Source: Candidatus Delongbacteria bacterium (lineage in GTDB: Bacteria > UBA4055). From it: a stretch of DNA of 64,000 nucleotides. The DNA lies in NCBI GenBank assembly GCA_003477045.1, contig DMTS01000056.1, positions 41,378 through 105,377 of the forward strand, read 5' to 3'. Each line of letters starts with the position of its first letter. Position 1 is the stretch's first letter. The notes beneath the pieces are model-generated. The model did not search any database. It was not told the DNA's origin and worked only from the letters and a program-made list of their open reading frames with translations. Positions 27,855 to 37,095 of this stretch are shown one piece after another. The translations under genes were made by a program, and so were the position numbers.

Positions 27855-28666
27855 CAGGCGTAAAATACAGTGAAGAACGCGTTGAGATAATCAGCGTAAA
27901 AGAAGGTTCCAATAACATTATTTCGTGTGTCGTCAGATCTGAATTAATTGCCACGACCTCGTTGCCGGGCCAGTTCGTGACTGTTCAGGTCAATAACCGA
28001 GGAGCAGGCTGTATTCCGGTTCTGAGAAGACCTTTTGCGATATCGAATGTAAAAAAAGACAGATTTGAATTTATCTTTGATGTAGTCGGCAGAGGTACGG
28101 AGCTTTTGAAAAAAGTACTAAAAGAAGAAAAATGTTTAAATATACTCGGTCCGCTTGGAAACGGCTTCGATCTTAAATCAGAGAAGAAACAGAAGCTTCT
28201 AATTGCAGGAGGTATAGGAATTGCGCCTGTCAAAAGGCTGGTACAGTATTTTTCGACTACCGACTGCCGAACGACACTCATCTGGGGAAACAGAAACAAA
28301 TCAGGCTTTTTTGACACTGACTATTTTATCGACCAGAACATAAAACTTTTGATCTGCACAGACGACGGATCAATGGGGTTTGAGGGAAATGTTGTAGATT
28401 TGCTTGAATCAGAGATAAAAAACAAAAATCTGAACAGCATGTCGGATTATGATATTTTTGTCGTCGGTCCCGATCCGATGATGAAAGCGGTTTGTGTATC
28501 TGTCGGAAAACGGAACACTGTCTGCCAGGTTTCTCTCGAAACTCCGATGGCATGCGGCATGGGCGTATGTCAGGGCTGCGCTGTGAAAAAAAAGAATGAA
28601 GAGGGTTATTATCTTGTATGTAAGGACGGACCTGTCTTTTATTCGGATAAGATTATTATGAATTAA
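27851..28666 (+). CDS. PyrK-like FAD/NAD(P)-binding oxidoreductase with a C-terminal 2Fe-2S cluster (dihydroorotate dehydrogenase electron-transfer subunit family)
   Basis: RRPFAIS (RxYS-type FAD-binding) and GGIGIAPV are present, with the C-terminal cluster motif MACGMGVCQGCAV. The start overlaps the apbE stop by 4 bp. Confidence 0.75.
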   Translation: MTGVKYSEERVEIISVKEGSNNIISCVVRSELIATTSLPGQFVTVQVNNRGAGCIPVLRRPFAISNVKKDRFEFIFDVVGRGTELLKKVLKEEKCLNILGPLGNGFDLKSEKKQKLLIAGGIGIAPVKRLVQYFSTTDCRTTLIWGNRNKSGFFDTDYFIDQNIKLLICTDDGSMGFEGNVVDLLESEIKNKNLNSMSDYDIFVVGPDPMMKAVCVSVGKRNTVCQVSLETPMACGMGVCQGCAVKKKNEEGYYLVCKDGPVFYSDKIIMN

Positions 28667-28669
28667 ATC

Positions 28670-29701
28670 ATGGAACGGGATCAAATGGATGAACAGGTTA
28701 TACAAAAAACTATTTTAAGCGGAATACAGCCGACAGGCCAGCTTACGATCGGAAACTATATAGGAGCGATGAAGAATTTTGTCAGGCTTCAGAACGATTA
28801 CGAAACGCTTTATATGGTCGTTGATCTTCATGCGCTTACTGTTCCGCAGGATCCAAAAGAATTAAGGCATAAAACACTTTCTGTTATAGCCCAGTATATA
28901 TCCGTCGGACTGGATCCGGAAAAGAACAATCTTTTTATTCAGTCGCATGTTACCGGGCATACGGAACTTACGTGGATCCTCGGCTGTCTTACCGGTCTTG
29001 GCGACCTGAACAGAATGACGCAATTCAAAGATAAGTCCTCAAAACCGGGGGCGAATATTAATGCCGGTTTATATACATATCCGATACTGATGGCCTCTGA
29101 TATTCTGCTTTATAATGCGGACTTCGTACCTGTCGGGGAAGACCAGAAACAGCATGTTGAGCTTACCAGGGATATCGCTATGAAGTTTAATTACAGATAT
29201 TCAGATACTTTCACTATACCGGAACCGATAATTCCAAAATCAGGCGCAAGGATAATGGATCTTCAGAACCCGCTTGCGAAAATGAGTAAAAGCGATTCCG
29301 GGGAGTCGGGAAGATTAGCTCTGATAGATGAACCTTCAGTCATAGCAAAGAAAATAAAAAGTGCGGTGACAGACTCGGGATCAGAGATCAAATTCTCCGA
29401 GGATGAAGAAAAAGCAGGGATCAGAAATCTCCTTACAATATACTCAAACCTGACCGAATTGAGTATCGCAGACATTGAATTGAAATATAAAAGTAGAGGA
29501 TACGGTGATTTTAAAAAAGATCTTGCAGATATCGTGGTCGAAAAGCTAAGCCCAATAAAATTAAAACATGATGATCTGATGAAAAATAAAGATTATCTTG
29601 AATCAGTGTTAAAATCCGGTGCGGAAAGCGCACAAAAAAAAGCGTGGAAGATGCTTGGTAAAGTTTACAGAAAAATAGGTCTTGTTCAGGCAGCAAGATA
29701 A
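28670..29701 (+). CDS. trpS: tryptophan--tRNA ligase
   Basis: SGIQPTGQLTIGNYIGA (HIGH-region equivalent), the conserved GEDQKQHVELTRDIA and KMSKSD (the KMSKS motif). Confidence 0.95.
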   Translation: MERDQMDEQVIQKTILSGIQPTGQLTIGNYIGAMKNFVRLQNDYETLYMVVDLHALTVPQDPKELRHKTLSVIAQYISVGLDPEKNNLFIQSHVTGHTELTWILGCLTGLGDLNRMTQFKDKSSKPGANINAGLYTYPILMASDILLYNADFVPVGEDQKQHVELTRDIAMKFNYRYSDTFTIPEPIIPKSGARIMDLQNPLAKMSKSDSGESGRLALIDEPSVIAKKIKSAVTDSGSEIKFSEDEEKAGIRNLLTIYSNLTELSIADIELKYKSRGYGDFKKDLADIVVEKLSPIKLKHDDLMKNKDYLESVLKSGAESAQKKAWKMLGKVYRKIGLVQAAR

Positions 29702-29725
29702 TTTTAAACATAAAGGGAGTTTAAA

Positions 29726-31099
29726 ATGAATGAGAACATTTTTAGAGAATATGACATAAGAGGCGTTGTAGAGACTGACTTCACGGCCGATACGGTCGTA
29801 AAGATCGGAAAAGCTTTCTCGACTTATCTTATCAAAGAAGGTTTCAAAAACTGTGTGATAGGTTACGATGCCAGGTTGTCAGCGGATTATCTTTTTTCAA
29901 CGTTCACAAACTCTTTAAGAGACTGCGGCATCGATGTCATAAGCATAGGGCAGTGCACATCGCCGATTCTTTATTTCGCCCAAATCAATTTGAATGCAGA
30001 TTCAGCTGTTATGATAACGGGATCCCACAATCCGGCAGACATGAACGGATTTAAAATGCTGACAAAAAAGACGGCATTGTATGGCGATAAGATCCAGGAC
30101 CTGAAGAACATTATTTTAAATAATGAACTTATAAGCAGACCGGAAGATGTGTCTGCGGGAACTCTAAAGCACATGTCCGTTAGGGATGAATATCTGGATT
30201 ACATGAAAAAGAACATAACTATGGGATCAAGAAAGCTCAAAATTGTGGTTGACGGGGGTAACGGAACAGGCGGGCAGATAGCTTCAGAAATATTCAGATA
30301 TTTCGGACACGAAGTAATAGAGCTTTACACTGATCCCGATGGAAGATTTCCCAACCATCATCCGGATCCGACAGTGCCGAAATATATGACTGACCTGATA
30401 AACGAAGTTAAAAGATCTAAAGCTGATCTTGGTATCGGTTATGACGGTGATGCGGACAGGATCGGAATAGTTACCGAAAAAGGAGATATGCTGTTCGGCG
30501 ATCACCTGATGATGATATTTTCAAAAGAAATTCTTTCGAGAAAACCCGGTTCAGTTATTGTCGGTGAAGTTAAATGTTCCCAAACTTTGTACGACGGAAT
30601 TGAAAAACTCGGCGGAAAAGGAATTATGTGGAAAGCAGGGCATTCACTTATAAAAGCTAAAATGAAGGAAACCGGAGCCGAACTCGGAGGAGAAGTTAGC
30701 GGACATATATTCTTCAAAGACAGATTTTTCGGACACGATGATGCTCTTTATGCGTCATTAAGGCTTCTTGAGATACTTTCAAGATCAGATATCACTATGT
30801 CCGGTCTCTTATCAGACATTCCGAAAACTATTATGACGCCGGAAATCAGACTCGACAGCGATGATAATAAAAAGTTCGAGATAGTTAAAAGAGTAACTGA
30901 ATATTTTAAAAAAGCGGGATATAAAGTTGTTGATGTTGACGGCGTAAGAATTATTTTCGACGATGGATTCGGGCTTATAAGAGCATCCAATACACAGCCT
31001 GCCCTTGTTCAGAGGTATGAAGCGTCTTCCGAAGAAAGACTTAAAGAAATTATGGAGCTTATGCAGTCGAAATTAAAGGAGATCGAGGAGGCAATTTAG
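29726..31099 (+). CDS. phosphomannomutase/phosphoglucomutase (alpha-D-phosphohexomutase)
   Basis: FREYDIRGVV, the active-site Ser loop ITGSHNPADMNGFK, the metal-binding GIGYDGDADR and the sugar-binding GGEVSGH. Confidence 0.9.
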   Translation: MNENIFREYDIRGVVETDFTADTVVKIGKAFSTYLIKEGFKNCVIGYDARLSADYLFSTFTNSLRDCGIDVISIGQCTSPILYFAQINLNADSAVMITGSHNPADMNGFKMLTKKTALYGDKIQDLKNIILNNELISRPEDVSAGTLKHMSVRDEYLDYMKKNITMGSRKLKIVVDGGNGTGGQIASEIFRYFGHEVIELYTDPDGRFPNHHPDPTVPKYMTDLINEVKRSKADLGIGYDGDADRIGIVTEKGDMLFGDHLMMIFSKEILSRKPGSVIVGEVKCSQTLYDGIEKLGGKGIMWKAGHSLIKAKMKETGAELGGEVSGHIFFKDRFFGHDDALYASLRLLEILSRSDITMSGLLSDIPKTIMTPEIRLDSDDNKKFEIVKRVTEYFKKAGYKVVDVDGVRIIFDDGFGLIRASNTQPALVQRYEASSEERLKEIMELMQSKLKEIEEAI

Positions 31100-31103
31100 C
31101 GGG

Positions 31104-32648
31104 ATGTACATTTTTATGAAAAATATTTTCGTTATCCTGTTTTTAATTTCAAATTCACTTTTGATTACCGGAGAAATAAAAAAAGTCGATTATGAACATC
31201 TTCAGTCAATGTGCTTTCATGCTAATAAGCTTGTTCGCGAAAATAAATATGATACAGCCCTGTACTTTTACGACAGCATTTTTGAATATATAGATTCAAT
31301 CGAATCCGAAACAGGCGAAACCACTACGGCTGAATTCGATTCTCTAAAAGAAGAAATTACAAACCATTATTCAAACTTTGAGAAGATAGTTGTAGATCTT
31401 AATTTAACATTCGATACTGAAGATAAATTGTCTTGTTTTGACAAAAAAGATTTCAATCTTATAAAAAAAGATTCCGCACGTAATGAATACACGCCTTTCC
31501 CGCATCATACGGGAATAAAGAAGGTTAATAAGTGGATAGATCTCTATACTAATAAAAGAAGAGAATCAGCTCAATTATACCTCGACAGATCTTCAGAATA
31601 CATTGACGATGTGAAGAAGATATTCAAACATTTTAATCTGCCTGAAGAGCTTGCCTATATACCTCTGGCTGAATCAGGGTTTTCCCCGCTTGCACATTCG
31701 TTCGCAAAAGCGATAGGACTCTGGCAGTTCATTCCTTCTACAGGGAGGGTATTCGGACTAAACTCCAACTGGTGGGAAGATGAAAGAAAGAATGTAATTA
31801 AATCGACTATAGCTGCAGCTCAATATTATATATATCTGTTCAACAAACTCAACGATTGGGATCTTGTTCTGGCTGGGTACAACTGCGGAGATGTCAGAGT
31901 TCAGAGAATTATAAAGAAGCACAAGACGAACGATTTCTGGTCATTATATTCGCTTCCTAAAGAGACAAAGGATTATGTTCCGAGAGTAAAAGCGCTTATC
32001 AGTATTGGTAAAAACCCGGAAAAATATGGATTTACGGTTGAAAAGGAACTTTTCAGACATGATACTGTAATGCTGGACAGTTGCGTTAATCTTAATGTAA
32101 TAGCGCAATCGGCCGACATAGATTATGAAGAATTAAAAAGGCTTAATCCTCATTTGAGGCAGTGGTGCCTTCCGCCCTATGCAGAGAATTACTCAGTGAT
32201 AATTCCTGCACACTCTAAAATAAAATTCAGAAATAAGTTTTCCAAATTTTCTCATAAAGAAAAATATTCTGTGGTCTCATATAAGGTAAAAAAAGGTGAT
32301 ACGTTAGAAAAGATCGCTGAAACGTTTAAAGTCAATCCCGAGTCTATTATAGATCTAAATTCGATTACAAGACACAACTTAACTCCCGGCCAGTTCATAA
32401 AAGTCATTGAAGTACCTATGAAAGAAAAATGGTTTAACGATTTTAATAAAAAATACCTGACATACAATGACGGGGAAGAGTACTACAAAGATGGAAAAAA
32501 GAAAATAATTTATAAAGTAAAAAGCGGTGATAACCTTTCAATGATATCAAAAAAACATAAAATTAAGCTTACCAAGTTGAAAGCATGGAATAAAATCGGG
32601 AAAAACAATAAGATACTTGCCGGTCAGAATCTTGTAATTTATCTATAA
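31104..32648 (+). CDS. membrane-bound lytic murein transglycosylase (SLT domain) with two C-terminal LysM domains (MltD-like)
   Basis: The SLT catalytic block is AESGFSPLAHSFAKAIGLWQFIPSTG...AGYNCG. The LysM units are YKVKKGDTLEKIAETF and YKVKSGDNLSMISKKH. Confidence 0.85.
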   Translation: MYIFMKNIFVILFLISNSLLITGEIKKVDYEHLQSMCFHANKLVRENKYDTALYFYDSIFEYIDSIESETGETTTAEFDSLKEEITNHYSNFEKIVVDLNLTFDTEDKLSCFDKKDFNLIKKDSARNEYTPFPHHTGIKKVNKWIDLYTNKRRESAQLYLDRSSEYIDDVKKIFKHFNLPEELAYIPLAESGFSPLAHSFAKAIGLWQFIPSTGRVFGLNSNWWEDERKNVIKSTIAAAQYYIYLFNKLNDWDLVLAGYNCGDVRVQRIIKKHKTNDFWSLYSLPKETKDYVPRVKALISIGKNPEKYGFTVEKELFRHDTVMLDSCVNLNVIAQSADIDYEELKRLNPHLRQWCLPPYAENYSVIIPAHSKIKFRNKFSKFSHKEKYSVVSYKVKKGDTLEKIAETFKVNPESIIDLNSITRHNLTPGQFIKVIEVPMKEKWFNDFNKKYLTYNDGEEYYKDGKKKIIYKVKSGDNLSMISKKHKIKLTKLKAWNKIGKNNKILAGQNLVIYL

Positions 32649-32668
32649 CCGTAAATAAGGAGAAGAAA

Positions 32669-32980
32669 GTGGAAAAAAAAGAAGTAAAAAAACTGACGAA
32701 ATTTGAGATTATCAAAAAAGTTCACGAGATCACCGGGCTATCCTATAAGGAGACCGGAAGCGTTATAAACAACATGATCGAAGTGATAAAGGACAGCCTT
32801 AAAGAGGATTATGTTATCGAACTGAGAGGTTTTGGTACTTTCAAAGTTGCAGAAAGAGCAGCAAGGATAGCTTATAAACCTAAGGGAAGAGAAAAGCTCG
32901 AGATCCCGGAGAAAAGAGTTCCAGTTTTTAGAGCTGTTAAAAGCTTAAAAGATAAAGTAAACAAGAACATTAAGAAATAA
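32669..32980 (+). CDS. HU/IHF-family DNA-binding protein
   Basis: GTG start follows the SD AAGGAG. LTKFEIIKKVHEITGLSYKETGSVINNMIEVI and the beta-arm RGFGTFKVAERAARIAYKPKGRE are present. Confidence 0.85.
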   Translation: MEKKEVKKLTKFEIIKKVHEITGLSYKETGSVINNMIEVIKDSLKEDYVIELRGFGTFKVAERAARIAYKPKGREKLEIPEKRVPVFRAVKSLKDKVNKNIKK

Positions 32981-32997
32981 ACTAAAAGGAGGCATTC

Positions 32998-33087
32998 ATG
33001 CCAAGCGGTAAAAAAAGAAAGTTACACAAGATCAACACTCACAAAAGAAAGAAAAGACTTAGAAAAAACAGGCACAAAAAGAAATAA
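32998..33087 (+). CDS. unannotated 29-aa hyper-basic small protein, probably the bTHX-like small ribosomal protein of FCB-group bacteria
   Basis: The ATG at 32998 lies 5 nt after a strong SD AAAGGAGG. The product is MPSGKKRKLHKINTHKRKKRLRKNRHKKK (about 60% K/R/H). A terminator follows immediately. It is too short for the supplied ORF track. Confidence 0.5.
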   Translation: MPSGKKRKLHKINTHKRKKRLRKNRHKKK

Positions 33088-33092
33088 ATTAA

Positions 33093-33116
33093 AGCGGGTT
33101 GATCCCGCTTTTTTTA
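33093..33116. terminator. rho-independent terminator shared by the HU/small-ORF operon (+) and the convergent HAD hydrolase gene (-)
   Basis: The stem agcggg/cccgct with loop ttgat is followed by ttttttt. Confidence 0.7.
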
Positions 33117-33782
33117 TTCGAATGATGTTTCATCGAAAGAGTTTATAATTTTATGGTTTAATTTTCTGACTTCATCCGACGGTTCGATTAAGTCGATTAT
33201 CTGAATTACCTTGATTCCTGCGGAATATGCTGATCTGACGCCGCTGTCAGAATCTTCAAATGCCAGGCAGTTTTCCGGTTGCACACCAAGCTGTTCAGCA
33301 GCCATAAGATAAATCTCCGGATCAGGTTTTGAATGTTTTACCTGATCGCCGGTAACTACCAGATCAAAAAAATCGATTATGCCTGTCCGAGTAAGTTTTT
33401 TCAAAGCTAAATATTTTTCGGTAGAAGTAGCTACGGCAAGCTTAGCGTTGTTCCGGTGCAGAAAATTTAAAACTGAATAAACCCCGGGCTTTAAAGGTAT
33501 TGTTTCATGATCGATATAATTAAGGTAAAATTCATTCCATTTAATGTGAGCATCATTGAATGGAATAAAAGGATCGAAACCCTGTTTTAAAATTAAATTT
33601 CCTTCCTCAGGTTTTCGCCCGATACATTTTTTATAAATTTCGAATTCAGGTTCGTAGCTGAACTCAGAACATGCTTTTCTGAAGCATTCCCAACATATTT
33701 TCTCGGTATCAAGCAAAAGGCCGTCCATATCGAAAATAAACGCTTCGTGCTGTTTTATTTTAATGATTAATTTATCCGCCAT
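33114..33782 (-). CDS. HAD-superfamily hydrolase (beta-phosphoglucomutase-like subfamily IA)
   Basis: Motif I is FIFDMDGLLLDTE, motif II is VATST and motif III/IV is GDQVKHSKPDPEIY...AFEDSDSGVRSAYSAG. Confidence 0.85.
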   Translation of the reverse strand: MADKLIIKIKQHEAFIFDMDGLLLDTEKICWECFRKACSEFSYEPEFEIYKKCIGRKPEEGNLILKQGFDPFIPFNDAHIKWNEFYLNYIDHETIPLKPGVYSVLNFLHRNNAKLAVATSTEKYLALKKLTRTGIIDFFDLVVTGDQVKHSKPDPEIYLMAAEQLGVQPENCLAFEDSDSGVRSAYSAGIKVIQIIDLIEPSDEVRKLNHKIINSFDETSFE

Positions 33783-33922
33783 TTCCTATTCCTTTTTAAA
33801 TCAGGGATGTATGTTAATTTTTTAGCGGATAAAAATCCAGAGTTTTCTGATAAAAAAAAGTCGAAAAAACTGTTGTGCGAATTAAGATTTCGTATTATTA
33901 TTATGCAAAAAATGGAGGTAGG

Positions 33923-35080
33923 ATGTTAGAGGATTATTTGAATGCGAAAGAGTGGCAGAAAATAAAAAATTTTGCCGATAAACACGAGACACCTTTTCTT
34001 GTAGTAGATCTGGATAAAATTAAAAAGAAATATACTTTACTTCAAAAAAATTTCCCTTTTGCTAAACAATATTATGCAGTCAAAGCTAATCCGGGCGACG
34101 AGGTAATTGCACTGCTTAAAGAACTTGGATCAAATTTTGATATAGCTTCGATTTATGAATTGGACAAGGTGCTTGGATTAGGAGTTGATCCCGCGAAAGT
34201 CAGCTACGGAAATACGATAAAAAAAGCCGATCATGTTAAATATGCATACAATAAAGGCATCAGAATGTTCGCAACAGACAGCGAAAGCGATCTGAGAAAT
34301 ATTGCTGTAGTTGCTCCGGGTTCCAGAGTTTTTTTTAGAATCTTAACAGAAAGTTCAGATACGGCGGACTGGCCATTGAGCAGAAAATTCGGCTGTCATC
34401 CCGATATGATAATCGATCTGGTCATCCTTGCAAGCAAACTGGGTCTCGAGCCGTACGGAATATCATTCCATGTCGGATCTCAGCAGCACGATATCGGCGC
34501 ATGGGACTCCGCGATATCAAAAGTTAAATATATATTCGACTGGCTTTCTGAACATGAAAATATAAATCTTAAAATGATCAATATGGGAGGTGGTTTTCCT
34601 GCCAATTACAGAGCTAAGACCAACAGTATTGATATCTACGCACGCGAGATCACAAGATACCTTCACGAAGATTTCGGCGATACTCTTCCGGAGATAATCC
34701 TTGAACCCGGAAGATCTATGGTGGGCGAGTCGGGTGTTCTTGTAAGCGAGGTCGTTCTAATTTCAAGAAAGGCAAGAACTGCGCTTGTCAGATGGGTCTA
34801 TACAGATGTAGGAAAATTCAGCGGTCTAATTGAAACCCTTGACGAATCTATAAAATATCCTGTTTACTGCGAGAAAAAAGGCGAAACCGAAGAAGTCATT
34901 CTTGCAGGACCCACCTGCGACAGTCAGGATATAATGTACGAAAATACAACTTACAAATTCCCGCTGAACCTGGCTATAGGAGACAGGCTCTACTGGCTAA
35001 CTACCGGAGCTTATACATCAAGCTATAGCGCAATAGAATTCAACGGATTTCCGCCGCTCAAGACATATTTTATAAAATAG
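33923..35080 (+). CDS. fold-type III PLP-dependent decarboxylase (ornithine/lysine/diaminopimelate decarboxylase family)
   Basis: ATG at 33923 follows the SD GGAGG. The PLP lysine region is YAVKANP. FHVGSQ, the Gly-rich GGGFP and EPGRSMVGESGVLV are present, with a C-terminal CDSQD. Confidence 0.8.
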   Translation: MLEDYLNAKEWQKIKNFADKHETPFLVVDLDKIKKKYTLLQKNFPFAKQYYAVKANPGDEVIALLKELGSNFDIASIYELDKVLGLGVDPAKVSYGNTIKKADHVKYAYNKGIRMFATDSESDLRNIAVVAPGSRVFFRILTESSDTADWPLSRKFGCHPDMIIDLVILASKLGLEPYGISFHVGSQQHDIGAWDSAISKVKYIFDWLSEHENINLKMINMGGGFPANYRAKTNSIDIYAREITRYLHEDFGDTLPEIILEPGRSMVGESGVLVSEVVLISRKARTALVRWVYTDVGKFSGLIETLDESIKYPVYCEKKGETEEVILAGPTCDSQDIMYENTTYKFPLNLAIGDRLYWLTTGAYTSSYSAIEFNGFPPLKTYFIK

Positions 35081-35084
35081 GTAA

Positions 35085-35107
35085 AGGCGCAGAAATGCGC
35101 CTTTTTG
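35085..35107 (+). terminator. rho-independent terminator after the decarboxylase gene
   Basis: The stem aggcgca/tgcgcct has a GAAA tetraloop and is followed by ttttt. It lies directly upstream of the rimO start. Confidence 0.55.
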
Positions 35108-35109
35108 AT

Positions 35110-36414
35110 ATGATGAAAAAAATAAAGATAATAACACTGGGCTGCGATAAGAACCTTGTTGACAGCGAAGTACTCTCGGGTCAGCTGGCGAAAAATTATC
35201 AGATTTCTCCGGATTTTACATCAGGTGAAGCTGTAATAGTAAACACCTGCGGATTCATCGGTGATGCCAAGAAACAATCTATTGAAGCAGTTATCGAAAC
35301 GATCGAAGAAAAGAAAAAAGGGAATTTCAAAAAAGTTCTATTTACAGGCTGTCTGATCCAGAGGTATTTTAAAGAACTGAAAAAAGAATTTCCGGAAGCT
35401 GACGGATTTTTTAAGCTTGGCGACATAAAAGGAATGATAAGAGAACTTGGTATAAACAGAAATGTATCTGCGAACAGATTCTGCGAGCGTATAGCGCTTG
35501 AATCCGAGCACACCGGGTATATAAAGATATCAGACGGATGCAATCACAAATGTTCATATTGCGCAATTCCCGGAATTCGGGGAAAGTATAAGTCAAGAAG
35601 CATAGATTCGATTCTTAAAGAAGCTGAATTTCTGATAAACGGGAATGTGAACGAGATCATTCTTGTCGGCCAGGAAATATCATCATACGGAACTGATAAT
35701 TATAAGAGCAATAAGATCAACGATCTTCTTAAAGAATTGTCAGCACTCTGCGGAAAAGACAGATGGGTAAGACTTTTATATACACACCCGCCTCTTGTTA
35801 CAAGGGAATTCGTCGAAACTATAGCTACTTCTGACAACATATGCAACTATATTGACTTTCCAGTTCAGCACACAGAAACTGAAATACTAAAAATGATGGG
35901 CAGGGGAGATACAACAGAGAAAATTTCCCAAAAAGTAAAACTTATGAGAGAAATAATTCCGGATATAATTATCAGAACTTCAATAATTACAGGTTTCCCG
36001 GGCGAAACACCCAAGTTATTCAGCAGCATGAAAAAACATCTGAATGATCTCAGATTTGACAGGCTTGGTGTTTTTCCATATTCAAGGGAAGAGGGAACTC
36101 CTGCTTATTCAATGCCTGGCCAGATAAACTTGGGAACAGCAAAAAAAAGATCGGAAAGCATAATGAAGCAGCAGCAGGATATTTCATTAGAAAAAAACAC
36201 CGCTCTAATAGGGAAAAAATTAAAAGTGCTTATCGACAGAAAGGAAAACGGTTATTCAGTAGGCAGAACTTACGGGGACGCGCCGGATGTTGATAACGAG
36301 GTAATGGTTAAAGGAGATCTGAAGGCTGGACAATTTTATATGGTGAAAATTACCGAAGCGGATGAGTATGATCTTTACGGACTGAATTTGACGGAAACAA
36401 CTTTTCCGTCCTGA
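35110..36414 (+). CDS. rimO: ribosomal protein S12 methylthiotransferase
   Basis: The N-terminal MTTase domain is KIKIITLGCDKNLVDSEV. The radical-SAM cluster is CNHKCSYCAIP and a C-terminal TRAM domain is present. The architecture is RimO-type rather than MiaB. Confidence 0.9.
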   Translation: MMKKIKIITLGCDKNLVDSEVLSGQLAKNYQISPDFTSGEAVIVNTCGFIGDAKKQSIEAVIETIEEKKKGNFKKVLFTGCLIQRYFKELKKEFPEADGFFKLGDIKGMIRELGINRNVSANRFCERIALESEHTGYIKISDGCNHKCSYCAIPGIRGKYKSRSIDSILKEAEFLINGNVNEIILVGQEISSYGTDNYKSNKINDLLKELSALCGKDRWVRLLYTHPPLVTREFVETIATSDNICNYIDFPVQHTETEILKMMGRGDTTEKISQKVKLMREIIPDIIIRTSIITGFPGETPKLFSSMKKHLNDLRFDRLGVFPYSREEGTPAYSMPGQINLGTAKKRSESIMKQQQDISLEKNTALIGKKLKVLIDRKENGYSVGRTYGDAPDVDNEVMVKGDLKAGQFYMVKITEADEYDLYGLNLTETTFPS

Positions 36415-36713
36415 ACTCTGATGAGGACTCTGTCTCCTTCATAAAATAATTCTTTGGAAATGTATTGATACACTTTACTGTCTTCAGTTCTCAAAGTAAG
36501 ATTAAATCCTTCCCAGGTAATAATTTCATCATTGATGTTCTGATCTATTATTTTCGAGCCATCATCAAATTCACCTACGAGAACTCCGTTTTGCGCAACT
36601 ACGGTAGCTACCAGTGTTCTTGTGTTTGCGTCAGGTTCATGTTTTACTGATGCGCATGAAAGAACGAAAATAAAAACTGATGCCAAAAAGAATTTTATGA
36701 AAGATATTTTCAT
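36375..36713 (-). CDS. small lipoprotein (hypothetical)
   Basis: The signal peptide MKISFIKFFLASVFIFVLSCAS has a lipobox. Its 3' end overlaps the rimO 3' end by 40 bp on the opposite strand. Confidence 0.45.
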   Translation of the reverse strand: MKISFIKFFLASVFIFVLSCASVKHEPDANTRTLVATVVAQNGVLVGEFDDGSKIIDQNINDEIITWEGFNLTLRTEDSKVYQYISKELFYEGDRVLIRVQDGKVVSVKFSP

Positions 36714-36766
36714 GATAATTCTCCATCTATTAATAAATTTTAAATTTAAAAGTTAAAAAATTCATG

Positions 36767-36841
36767 TCGGGATGGCGAGATTTGAACTCGCGACCCTTTG
36801 CCCCCCAGACAAATACGCTAACCGGGCTGCGCTACATCCCG
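36767..36841 (-). tRNA. tRNA-Pro (anticodon GGG)
   Basis: The reverse complement folds as a cloverleaf: acceptor CGGGATG/CATCCCG, D-arm GCGC-AGCCCGGTTA-GCGT, anticodon arm TTTGT-CTGGGGG-GCAAA with G37, and T-arm GCGAG-TTCAAAT-CTCGC. Confidence 0.85.
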
Positions 36842-36885
36842 AACACTGAATACGATCAAGGATCAATAGATTATGTCAATCTGTG

Positions 36886-36960
36886 TCGGGGTGAGAAGAT
36901 TTGAACTTCCGACTTTTACGTCCCGAACGTAACGCGCTAACCGGACTGCGCTACACCCCG
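36886..36960 (-). tRNA. tRNA-Pro (anticodon CGG)
   Basis: The reverse complement has acceptor CGGGGTG/CACCCCG, D-arm GCGC-AGTCCGGTTA-GCGC, anticodon arm TTACG-TTCGGGA-CGTAA and T-arm GGAAG-TTCAAAT-CTTCT. Confidence 0.85.
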
Positions 36961-37095
36961 AATTTGAACAGGGTGTAATTTAAGGAATAATCGTCTTATA
37001 TTCAAGGGAAAAAAGCAATTATTTGCATCAGGCGATTTGCTTTGCTATTCACGGTTTAGTTTTTTATATTTAAAGTCAAATTATTCAGGATCATA

